Below are positions 1-11,193 of a stretch of DNA of 64,000 nucleotides, one piece after another (position 1 is the first letter of the stretch; each line of letters opens with the position of its first letter). The position numbers and the translations under genes were made by a program. The notes beneath the pieces are model-generated. The model did no database searches, was not told the origin of the DNA, and saw only the letters and a program-made list of their open reading frames with translations. Source of the stretch: Malacoraja senta (lineage: Eukaryota); assembly GCA_038087875.1 (NCBI GenBank), contig CM075991.1, positions 2,790,001 to 2,854,000 on the forward strand. Direction: 5' to 3'.

Positions 1-792
1 CACCAGCCGTCACATACAACAAGTGATCCTCTGTCAGTTTCGCCACCTCCAACGTGACCCCACCACTCGCCACATCTTCCCATCTCCCCCCATGTCTGCC
101 TTCCGCAAAGACCGCTCCCTCCATAACTCCCTTGTCAATTCTTCCCTTCCCTCCCATACCAGCCCCTCCCCTGGTACTTTCCCTTGCAACCGCAAGAGAT
201 GCAACACTTGTCCCTTCACCTCCCCCCTCTACTCCATTCAAGGACCCAAGCAGTCGTTCCAGGTGCGACAGAGGTTCACCTGCATCTCCTCCAACCTCAT
301 CTATTGCATCCGCTGCTCTAGATGCCAGCTGATCTACATCGGTGAGACCAAGCGGAGGCTTGGCGATCGTTTCGCCGAACACCTCCGGTCGGTCTGCAAT
401 AACCAACCTGACCTCCCGGTGGCTCAGCACTTCAACTCCACCTCCCATTCCGTATCTGACCTCTCTGTCCTGGGTCTCCTCCATGGCCACAGCGAGCAAC
501 ACCGTAAATTGGAGGAAATGCACCTCATATTCCGCTTGGGCAGTCTACATCCTGGGGCTTGAACATTGAATTCTCCCAATTCTGCTAGCCCTTGCTGTCC
601 CCTCCCCTTCATCTGCCATCTGGTTGTCTCCTCCCCTCCCCAGCCCTCGGGCTCCTCCTCCGCCTTTTTCCTTTTTTCCTTTCTTCTCCCCACCCCCTAT
701 CAGTCTGAAGAAGGGTTTCGGCCCGAAACGTTACCTATTTCCTTCGCTCCATAGATGCTGCTGCACCCGCTGAGTTTCTCCAGCATTTTTGT
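1..792 (+). mobile_element. Penelope-like element 3' part: GIY-YIG endonuclease plus terminal repeat
   Basis: ORF 23-562 has CxxxxCxxC, LIYCIRC..YIGET..RL..RF.EH (GIY-YIG). It is followed by the recurrent tail with a CTGAAGA..GAAAC core. Confidence 0.9.
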
Positions 793-1185
793 GTACCAAC
801 TCAATTAAATATCTCCTTTCAAGAAAATTGATATCTGTAATTTTAAAACAGAACACAGTGCATCTGTCCAGGGACATACTCCCCATATCAGACACAAGGA
901 ACTGCAAACGCTGGTTTACAAAAAAGCGAGTAACTCGGCAGGTCAAGCAGCATCTCTCCTTGCACCTTCTGTCCTTATCTCATTACTATTTGTCTTTTGA
1001 TCCCTGGCCTTTGTCCCACCATCTGCCAATCCCCCACAACATCTGTATCCATCTATCACTTGCCAAGCTTTGAACTGCCCCCAGCTTCACCCTGCCTTTC
1101 CTCACCTCCCCCCCCCCCCCCACGCCACAGCCCGCCCGACTGTCTAAAGAAGGGTCTTGAGCTGAGATGCTGCCTGACCCATTGA

Positions 1186-1385
1186 NNNNNNNNNNNNNNN
1201 NNNNNNNNNNNNNNNNNNNNNNNNNNNNNNNNNNNNNNNNNNNNNNNNNNNNNNNNNNNNNNNNNNNNNNNNNNNNNNNNNNNNNNNNNNNNNNNNNNNN
1301 NNNNNNNNNNNNNNNNNNNNNNNNNNNNNNNNNNNNNNNNNNNNNNNNNNNNNNNNNNNNNNNNNNNNNNNNNNNNNNNNNNNNN
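1186..1385. other. Assembly gap (200 N)
   Basis: Run of N. Confidence 1.
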
Positions 1386-1616
1386 TTGGGTGCTGGGACC
1401 AGGATTCGCCATGTTGCTGAGGGGCAGCCCTTGCTGCCGCCATTGACTGCGGGTGCAGGGGACTAGGGATCCGCCATGTTGGTGAGGGGCAGCCCTTGCT
1501 GCCGCCATTGGGTGCTGGGAACCAGGGATTCGCCATGTTGCTGAGGGGCAGCCCTTGCTGCCGCCATTGACTGCGGGTGCAGGGGACCAGGGATCCGCCA
1601 TGTTGCTGAGGGGCAG
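1386..1616. repeat. GC-rich minisatellite, two alternating ~57-65 bp unit variants
   Basis: Recurrent CGCCATGTTGCTGAGGGGCAGCCCTTGCTGCCGCCATTG; abuts the gap. Confidence 0.85.
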
Positions 1617-2670
1617 ATTTAGATCAAGGAGAAAGTGTCAAGTGTGTTTATATTGTCATATGTCCCGAAACCGAACAATGGAATTCTTAATTGCAACGGC
1701 ACAACAGATATATAACATAGTAAACTGTAAACCCCATAATAATAAATAAGTTCAGTATATAATTAAAAAACAAACAAATAAATGGAAAATAATAGTGTAA
1801 AAATATTGTCCAGAAGTCTATTTAGTTCAGAGCTTATTTGGAGGTTGTAGTGTTGAATAACCTCATGATTCTCAGGAAGAAGCTGCCCCTGAAAGTGGAC
1901 ATTACAGTTTTCCGGCTCCTATACCTTCTTCTGGATGGAAATAAATGGTTATACAACATTACCCTTTGCTGTACGAAAGACGGCAGATAGGTAGCGTACA
2001 ACGTGGTGGAGATCGTGATTTATTTATCTAGTGATTGAGGGATGAGTATTAAACGCAGCACCAAAAGTAACTCCTTTCAATGCTCGGCAAAGTGCTGGAG
2101 TAACAGAGCGGGTCAGACAACATCTCCGGAGAACATGGGACCCTACTTTAGACTAAACTTCAGAATTGCGTCGGAAGGAACTGCAGATGCTGGTGACATC
2201 AACCGTCTCAACTTTTCCACTCCCCTGACCTACTCTAACCTCACCCCCTCTGAATGTACAGCCCTTCGCTCACTCTGCAGCCACGGTGCCACCGCAACAT
2301 TATAATCAAACCCGACGACAAGGGAGGTGCTGTGGTAGTCTGGCGTGTTGACCTCTACAGGGCTGAGGCCAGGCGACAACTCTCAGACATCCCCTCCTAA
2401 TTATCCTTGGACCATGATCCCAAAGATGAGCACCAGGCCTTAATCTCACATTTCAGATTTCATCACTTCTGGCTGTCTGCCACCCACAACCTCCAACCTT
2501 ATCGTTTCCCAGACCCGCACAGCCCCGTTTTACCTACTCCCACAAATCAATAAACGCAACTGCTCAGGCAGACCCATTGTTTCTGCTGTTCCTGTCCCAT
2601 AGAAATGATTTCCACGTACCTCGACTCCATCCTATCCCCCTGGTCCAATCTCTCCCGACGTATGTCCAAG

Positions 2671-3580
2671 ATGTTTCCGGTGGGGGCGCTGCGAGCCGGC
2701 AGCCCTTCCAGCAGCGTGTTTGTTTTTCTACTTTTTTTTGTTTATTAGTGTGTATTAAATTATGTTTTTAATGTCTCTGTGTGTCTTGTGTGGGGGGGGG
2801 GTTAGGGGGAAACTGTTTTGGTCGCCTCCTCCACGGAGAGGCAACTTTTTCCATGTCGCCTTCCCTGTGGCCTAACATCGAGGATCGGTGCGGCCTTTCC
2901 CGGAGACGCGCCCGGGGCTTCAGCTGCGGGCGCAGCGAGGACGCTTTCGTCGCGGAGCGGGCAAGGCCTCACCGGGTGTTGCCGAAGGGGAGCGCTCCGT
3001 TCGCTGGCCCGCGGCAGCCTGAAGCCGCGGTCTGCGGAGCTCCAGCTGGAGGTGTCCGGAGCCTGGGATCCCTCGTTGGGGACCCCGGGGGGAGAAGAGC
3101 TCCAACCGCCAGCCCGCGGCCTCCTTCTACGGTGGGCGTGGCGGGGACTTACCATCCGGAACGGGGTCCCTCCCCGGGGATCCCTGGAGAGGAGCTCTGA
3201 CCGCCGGCCCTGCAGTCTGCGGTGCTTCTGGTTGCGGCACGGCGGGGACTTTAGATCGTCGACCGCCGGCCTGCGGCTTACAGCATCTTGAAGCCGCGGT
3301 CTCTGGTGGGGGAAGCACTGATTCAGGACTTACCTAGACTTACTTTGTCTGAACATCTGGACGCCCGCAACGGCGACTGAGGAGGGTTGAGGTCCCGACC
3401 ACGGGGGAAAATGGAGGAGGACTGGCCAAATTTTGTGCCTTCCACCACAGTGATGAATGCTGTGGTGGATGTTTGTGTTAAATTTTAATTGTGTATTGTG
3501 TGTTCTTTTTTTATTATACCGCTGCTGGCAAATTCTGAATTTCCCTGAGGGGATTAATAAAGTATTTATCTATCTATCTA
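2671..3580 (+). mobile_element. GC-rich non-autonomous retroelement with AATAAA-(ATCT)n tail
   Basis: Splits the Penelope RT coding sequence at YVQD|TSHAL. Head, 3' stem-loop and tail are shared with copies at 17.4, 36.7, 48.8 and 59.9 kb. Confidence 0.75.
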
Positions 3581-3898
3581 GATACCTCACATGCCCTTCA
3601 TCTCTTTCATGACTTCCACTTTCCAAGCCTCCACTCCCTCGTCTTTACTATGGACGTTCAGTCACTCTACACCTCCATCCCCCACCAGGAAGGACTTAAA
3701 GCCTTCTTCCTTGACCGCAGAACCATCCAATTTCCCGCTACTATGGCCCTTTCCCACCCACCCCTCTCCAATCACCACTTAACACCCACTTACAGCCTGA
3801 CTCCAAAGACTGCAAAGACTGGGCCCCTCGTCCACTACCCACCCCCTCCTTGCTGCCCAACATCAGTCTGGCCACTTCTCCATCACCAACAATAGAAA

Positions 3899-5140
3899 TT
3901 GAGGAGGTGGAGAAGCTATTCAGTAGACAGTAGAGTCCGGAAATCTCCGGAACCAGACAATGTTTCCCCCTCTACCCTCAAGCTCTGTGCCAAACAACTG
4001 GTATTGGTCTCCACTGACATTTTCAACCAGTCCCTGCAAACCTGTACTGTCTCTGCCTGCTTCAAAGTCTCCACTATTGTCCCCGTACCCAAAAAGTCAA
4101 GGATTACTGGTCTTATTGACCACAGGCCTGTCACACTGACCTCTGTAGTCATGAAGACCCTTGAAAGACTTGTAACATCACACAAGAGGAACACTTGTAA
4201 CTTCATAACAAGAGGAGTTGAGTATAGGAGCAAAGAGGTCCTTCTGCAGTTGTACAGGGCCCCAGTGAGACCACACCTGGAGTATTGTGTGCAGTTTTGG
4301 TCTCCAAATTTGAGGAAGGTCATTCTTGCTATTGAGGGAGTGCAGCGTAGGTTCACAAGGTTAATTCCCGGGATGGCAGGACTGTCATATGCTGAGAGAA
4401 TGGAGCAGCTGGGCTTGTATACTCTGGAATTTAGAAGGATGAGAGAGGATCTTATTGAAACATATAAGATTATTAAGGGTTTGGGCATGCTAGAGGCAGG
4501 AAACATGTTCCCGATGTTGGGGGATTCCAGAACCAGGGGCCACAGTTTAAGAATAAGGGGTAAGCCATTTAGAAAAGAGAAGAGGAAACACTTTTTCACA
4601 CAGAGAGTTGTGAGTCTGTGGAATTCTCTGCTTCAGAGGGGCGGTGGAGGCAGGTTCTCTGGATACTTTCAAGAAAGAGCTAGATAGGGTTCTTGAAGAT
4701 AGCGGAGTCAGGGGATATGGTGGGAAGGCAGGAACGGGGTACTGATTGTGGATGATAAGCCATGATCACATTGAATGGCGGTGCTGGCTTGAAGGGCCAA
4801 ATGGCCTACTCCTGCACCTATTGTCTATTGTGTGCTGGCCCAGCTGAAAAATATCACAAACCCCCTGCTGGACCCTCTGCAGTTTGCATATCGGGCCAAT
4901 AGATCAGTGGATGACGCAGTCAACCTGGGCCTGCACTTCATCCTACAGCACCGAGACCGCCAGGGAACCTATGCAAGGATCCTGTTTGGTGATTTTAGCT
5001 CTGCATTCAACACGATTGTGCCAGAACTACTACACTCCAAACTATCCAAGTTGACTGTGCCTGAACCCCTCAGTCAGTGGATCACCAGCTTCCTGACAGA
5101 CAGGAAGCAGCAGGTGAGGCTGGGAAAGCACGTCTCGGAG
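3899..5140 (+). mobile_element. Rex/Babar-like LINE RT fragment, split by a CR1 insertion
   Basis: IVPVPKK..RPVTLTSVVMKTLERLV resumes at 4832 as LAQLKNITNPLLDPLQFAYRANRSVDDA..DFSSAFNTI. Confidence 0.8.
4174..4830 (+). mobile_element. 5'-truncated CR1 LINE
   Basis: [13 protein letters not shown] and SRTRGH motifs; (CTATTGT)n tail. Confidence 0.9.
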
Positions 5141-8100
5141 CTCCCACTTCCACCAAGTCCAGGGCATAGCTATGGGCACCCGCATCTCCCCAAGCTACGC
5201 TTGCCTCTTTGTACAGTACATTGAACAATCCCTGTTCCAGGTGTACACTGGCCCTATCCCCAAACTCTATCTCCGTTACATTGATGACTGCATCGGTGCT
5301 ACCTCATGCACCCATGCAGAATTCATGGACCTCATCAACTTCACCACCAATTTTCTGCCTGCACTCAAATTTACTTGGACCATCTCCGACACCTCCCTCC
5401 CCTTTCTTGATCTTACAGTCTCCATCACAGGAAATAGACTATCGACTGATGTCTACTACAAACCTACTGACTCCCATAACTATCTAGACTACACTTCTTC
5501 CCACCCTGCTTCCTGCAAACAATATCCCCTACTCCCAATTCCTCCATCTGTGCCTAAGACGATGTGTTCCATACCAGGATATCCGAGATGTTCTCATTCT
5601 TTAGGGAATGGGGGTTCCTCTCTCCCATCATAAATGCGGCTCTCACTCGTGTCTCCTCGGTACCCAGCAGCTCCACGCTTGTCCCCCTCCCCCTAGTCAC
5701 AACAGAGACAGAGTCCCCTAGTTCGACCACATCAGCCGTCACATACAACACATAATGCTCCGAAATTTCCGCCACCTCCAACGGGATCCCACCACCAGCC
5801 ACATTTTCCCATCTCCACCCCTTTTTGCCTTCCGCAGAGACCGTTCCCTCCGCAACTCCCTGGTTAACTCATCCATTCCCACCCAAACCACCCCCTCTCC
5901 AGGCACCTTCCCCTGCAACCGCAGAAGATGCAACACTTGTCCCTATACCTCCTCCCTCAAATCTGGGCAGGGACCCCAACAGTCCTTTCAGGTTAGGCAG
6001 AGGTTCACTTGCACCTCCTCGAACCTCATCTACTGTATCCGTTGTTCAAGATGTGGACTCTTATACATGGGCGAGACCAAACGCAGACTGGGCGATAGTT
6101 TCGCGGAACACCTTTGCTCAGCCCGCCTGAACCAACCTGATCTCCCGGTTGCTGGACACTTTAATTCTCCTTCCCATTCCTCCACAGACCTCTCTGTTCA
6201 AGGTCTCCTCCATTTTCAGAGTGAGGCTAAACCCAAATTGGAGGAACAGCATCTCATATTTCGCTTGGGCAGCTTACAGCCCAGTGGTTGAATATTGATT
6301 TCTCTCACTTCAGGTAGCCCCGGCATTCCCTCTCTCTCTATCCCTCCCCACCCAAGTCAAGCTTCTCATTTTCACCCAACAAACAGCTACCAACGGCCTG
6401 TTTCCTTTATCGTCGTTACTTTTTTGCATATCTTTCATTTATTGTTCAGCTCTCTACATCACCGTCTATATATCTCTCGTTTCATTTATTCCTAACCAGT
6501 CCGAAGAAGGGTCTCGGCCCGAAACGTCGCCCATTGCTTCTCTCCAGAGATGCTGCCTGTCCCGCTGAGTTACTCCTTTTTGTGTAAATCTTCGGTTTAT
6601 GGGGGGCTGGGTGTGGTGGAGATGCCCCATGAAATAAGGGAAGAGGTTCCATGCCAGTGGGCCACATGAGTGGCAAGGGTGGGGGTAAAATTGTGTAATT
6701 TGTGTAAACAGTATTGAATGTATGTATAACCTCCGAGAATGTTGGATGGAGTTTTGTAAGGATCATGTATTGTATATACTAATTTCTCGAATAAAGTCTA
6801 TTTTGAATTTTTTTTTTTTTTAAATCACCTTACGGCTTACACCCACCAGCAAATCTGCAAGGTACATCTTGCCCCATCTGTGGCAGGGTGTGCAGATGCC
6901 ATACTAACCTAATTAGTGATCTCAGACCCAACAAATCTGGAGTAGAAGTAAGTCATAGTTGATCCCGAGAGACAGGCCTCCTCCACTGTCAGACTGAGGC
7001 CCAACGCTAATTGGAGGTACAGCACATCAGATTTCGCTTGAGCAGCTGACAACCCAGAGGTATGCTTTTGATTTCTCTAACTTCAAGTAACCCTTGCTTT
7101 CCCTCTCTCTCTGTCCCTCCCCATACCCTAGTTCTCCGACTAGTTTCACTGTCCTCCTGATTAAATCTGATTAAATCCTGATGTATGCCTCGTTGTCACC
7201 TTCCCCTCAGGTAATAATGAACCGTTCAACATTTTCCTTGATCATCGTCCCCGTTGCTCTGTGTTTTCACACCTTACCCTTCCATATCTCTATGTCTCCC
7301 TCTCCCCTGACTCTCAGTCTGAAGAAAGATCTCGACCCGAAACATCACCCATTCCTTGTCTCCAGAGATGCTGCCTGTCCCGCTGAGTTACTCCAGCATT
7401 TTGTGTCTATCAGACAGCCTAAGATGGTGGTTACTTGAATGTAGTATAGACACTACGTCTAGACTTATTGTGCTAAACAGAATTCTTCAATGCTATAACT
7501 GTGGACAAGGAGTATATCGTTGAGTACCACACTGATACTGAAACTGTAGAAGGACATTGGCAATCAACACCAGGCCAAAGCATTGCAACTACAAGATGAT
7601 GAGGTGGGTGATGTTGAGAGTAGATGGTTTATTCCCGAATTTCTCAGTGGAATTAAAGTGACATCATTGTTTTTATTAAATCACCTTTTTATTGTTATTG
7701 ACATCATTGTTTTTATTAAATCAATTAAAGCACAAAAGTGCTTTCCTTTTTGCCCATTAGTAATGCAAATAGGAACTGAGTGCAAATTATTACCGCGTGG
7801 CCAGTGATGCAGTGTTTATATTCACAAACCCATTGAGCCATGTGGACCAGGAGGAATCAAAGAGGCCATTCAGCCCAACTCATCCATGCCCACCAAGATG
7901 TGTATCTGAGCTAGTCCTATTTGCCTGTGTTTGGCCCATATCCCTCAAAGCCTTTCCTATCCATAGACCTACTTTAATGGCTTTCTTCGCCATTGTACAC
8001 ACCTCTACAGCTTTCTCAGGCAGCCCATTCATACATGCCCCACCCTCTGCATGAAGAAATTGCTCAATATCCTCAACGATAAAGGCCAGTGTTGATATAC

Positions 8101-8264
8101 AGCTGAGAATTGTCTGGAGATGGAGTTAGGGGTTGGAAAATAAGCCAGGTTGCTGCTCTTTGTAACCATCTGGTGCAAGTAAATAGCCAGGTATATCCCT
8201 CAGCAACTGAAGATGCTGTTCAGCCCCACATTCTAGGCTGACTCAGGAATTATTGATATTTAGG

Positions 8265-8735
8265 CTTTAGGGATACTGCGAGGAAACAGGCCCTTCAGCC
8301 CACCAAGTCCGTGGCAACCAGCAATCCCGTTACACTGACACTATCTAACATACTAGGGATATTATACAATTTTACCAAACTTGTACGTCTTTTAGTGTGG
8401 GAGGAAACCAGAGCACCTGGAGAAAACCCACGTGGTCGCAGGGAGAAGGTAACAAACTCCGCGGAAACAGGCGATTTGGCCCTCCAAGTCCACGCCAACC
8501 ATTGATCACCCATACACTAGTGCTATCCTACACACAAGGGACAATTTACAGAAGTCAATTAACGTATAAAACTGCACGTCTTTGTGACGTGGGAGGAAAC
8601 TGGAGCACCGGGAGAAAACCCACGTGGTCACTTGGGGAACGTGCAAACTCCGTACAGGCAGCATCCGTAGTCAGGATCGAACCCAAGTCTCTGGCACAGT
8701 AAGGCAGCACCTCTACCGCTGCACCACCGTGCTGC
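8265..8735 (-). mobile_element. Two adjacent tRNA-derived V-SINE (HE1-like) copies
   Basis: tRNA-like head GGTGCAGCGGTAGAG..GGTTCGATCC, conserved core GGTTTCCTCCCAC, CR1-like tail GAAGGGCCTGTTTCC. Confidence 0.75.
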
Positions 8736-9371
8736 CCTGAGGTACAGGTTACTGAGGCTGGTTCTGTAAAGATGTAAACAAATAGGAATCCGCACCTTGC
8801 AGGGAAATAGAAACGAGGCAAAGGACCAGGAAAATATAATTGGTTTCCGAGGTCTGTAGTCTGGGGATAACTTGATTGTATAGAGACTGTGCTGAATTGC
8901 AATCGTGATGTGTAAGAAAGAACTGCAGATGCTGGTTTACACCGGTTTATATCTCTGGGTAGATGCAACCTGTCCCGCTGAATTACTCCAACATTTCGAG
9001 TCTATCTTCTGAATTTCAATCGTTATCTTTAGATTCTTATGTTAGATTGGCAGCCTATGTGTATGTCACTGCGAAGATCAACCATTTACAATCGCTGTGA
9101 ACGATTTCGAATTTTAAAAAACTGATGATGTTGAAAATCTGAAATTAAATGGACAATGTTGGCTGTACTTAGCAGGCAAAGTAGCATATGTGGAATGTGG
9201 AATAGAGTTCATGTTTCTGGTCAAAGACTCATCGTCTGACTACGGTTCTCCCACCTGAAACATTAGCTACGACATACATTAAACTTTGCCTGGTTGGCCA
9301 AGTCCGAGGAAGTTGCAAAGAGGTTGTAAAATGTTCAATGGCTGATGAATAAACTGGTGAAACAATGGCTC

Positions 9372-9908
9372 ACTGGCACAATGGTGGAGTTGCTGCCTCA
9401 CGACGCCGGAGACCCGGGTTCGATCCTGACCTCGGGTCCTGTCTGTGTGGAGTTTGCACATTCTTCCTGTGACCACGTGAGTTTCCTCCAAGGTGTTCTG
9501 GTTTCCTACCACATCCCAATGACTTGCAGGTTTGTAGCTTAATTATCCTACGTAAATTTGCCGCTGGTGTTGGGGGAGTGAATGAAAAGATAACTACATA
9601 ACTAGTGTGAACAGGAGATTGATGGTCAGAAGACAGAAAGACACAAAATGCTGGAGTAACTCTGGAGAGAAGGAATGGGTGATATTTTGGGATGAGATTC
9701 TTCTAGAGAAGGGTCTCAACCCAAAATGTCTCCCATTCCTTCTCTCCAGAGATGCTGCCTGATGCTGCCTGTCCCGCAGAGTTACTCCGGCATTTTGTGT
9801 CTATCATCGGTTTTAAACCAGCATCTGCAGTTCCTTCACACACATGATTGATGATCAGCATGGTGGGCCGAAGGCTTGTTTCCATGCTGTATCTTTAAAC
9901 TAAACTAA
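9372..9908 (+). mobile_element. V-SINE containing a Penelope-derived fold-back insertion (~9630-9845)
   Basis: SINE head and (TAAAC)n tail; the insert is flanked by GATTGATG(G/A)TCAG direct repeats. Confidence 0.75.
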
Positions 9909-10076
9909 TAACCTAAATGTAATCTATGAGAAAAATTTAAAAAGCAGAATAGTTTTTTTTTTAAGGTTTCAAATTGGAAACCATTTTTTATATAAGGTAT
10001 TTGGAACCTTGAACATGAAATGCAGAAAGACCATTATATATTATGCAGTAAGAACGCATCCAGAGAACTGAATAGA

Positions 10077-10358
10077 ATTGTGTAGGAAGGAACTGCAGAT
10101 ACTGGTTTAAACCGAAGATAGACACAGAAAGCTGGAGTAACGGAAGAAAGGTTTCGGCCCGAAACGTTGCCTATTTCCTTCGCTCCATAGATGCTGCCGC
10201 ACCTGCTGAGTTTCTCCAGCACTTTTGTCTACGCTGGAGTAACTCAGCGGGTCAAACAGCATCTGAAGAAAGGTCTCGACCCAAAACGTCACCCATTCCT
10301 TTCTCCAGAGATGCTGCTTGACCTGCTATGTCACTCCAGCTTTTTTGTGTCTATCTTT
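10077..10358. mobile_element. Penelope terminal-repeat-derived short element with 12-bp TSD
   Basis: GAACTGAATAGA at 10065-10076 and 10359-10370; inverted and direct terminal-repeat pieces inside. Confidence 0.75.
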
Positions 10359-10803
10359 GAACTGAATAGAGTTTGGTATCTTTTTATCTAAAGGACCACA
10401 GAGTTGCTTTAGAAAGATTGGAGCAACGATCTGCGAGAGTGATTTCTAAATTAAAGAATTTTATGGTAAGGAGAAGTTGAGTTGACATTCTGTGGTAAAA
10501 GAATGAGCTGTAATAAGATTGCCAGATTTTGTGATGTTGTTTTCTCCTGATTGAAGACTCTTCTAGATCTGGGGATCATAGTCTCAGAATCATGGTTGCC
10601 CAATTATGACCAAAATTGGAAATTCTTCAAAAGGATGGAAATCTGAGGAATTCTCTGGTGTTGTGGTTGCTTGAATGTTGAGTATAGGCCATGTTTGATT
10701 TTTAGTTAATAACAGATATGGAGGTAATGCAGCAAGGTGCGGAAAACCCAAAATCTTATAGAATGTTTAACCATCTCAGATGGATGAATAGTCAACTGCT
10801 GCT

Positions 10804-10834
10804 TTTATTTCTTGCGTTTTTATATTATTTTATT
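10804..10834 (-). terminator. MYL7 polyadenylation signals (two AATAAA)
   Basis: TTTATT on the plus strand at 10804-10809 and 10829-10834, about 50-80 bp past the stop codon. Confidence 0.65.
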
Positions 10835-10884
10835 TCTTTTCATTGATGACTGCAGGTCCCCGCACAAGGCAAACAACTTGCATC

Positions 10885-10988
10885 CTATGCTTCTTCCTTT
10901 TCATCTCCATGTGTGATGATGTAACAGAGAGATTTATAGTCAATGTTTCGGCGACGTCGATGGGAGTCACAGCAAACATCTGCTGAAC
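10885..10988 (-). CDS. MYL7: MYL7-like exon 7: [13 protein letters not shown][G][20 protein letters not shown], with a 1-bp deletion at the Gly codon
   Basis: cag acceptor. Matches the MYL7 C-terminus ([19 protein letters not shown]) once one G is restored (GCC GAAAC instead of GCC GGA AAC). 104 bp observed versus 105 needed; the restored protein is 173 aa. Confidence 0.9.
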
Positions 10989-11193
10989 CTGTGGGAGGAA
11001 GGCACAAGATTATCCCGTTGACCAACAACGGTCAGAGGGGCAGAACATTTATGGGGGGGGGTAGAACAATGGACAATGGGGACCTGGTGTGGGGGGTACC
11101 ACCATGAGGGAGGGAGGAAGAACATAGGGGGACTGGGGGGTGGGGGGGGGGAGAATCTGAAACTTTGTAAGCTCCCTTTATGGGTGAATATTT

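Larger units (their letters stand above)
2172..6600 (+). mobile_element. Degenerate Penelope-like element (RT plus GIY-YIG) interrupted by nested insertions
   Basis: RT pieces at about 2194-2670, 3580-3740 (MDVQSLYTSIPH) and 5140-5750 (MGT.ISPSYACLF, YLRYIDD). GIY-YIG ORF 5755-6291. Short inverted terminal-repeat piece at 2172-2193. Confidence 0.88.

Noticed and set aside
2781..3318. Overlapping ORFs on both strands in GC-rich stretches (also 48892-49524 and 60164-60533)
   Set aside because: Stop-codon scarcity in GC-rich repeat bodies; the peptides are not conserved between copies.
6600..10800. Exons of a downstream neighbour such as POLD2
   Set aside because: No recognisable coding exon found; the region is repeats and AT-rich spacer.
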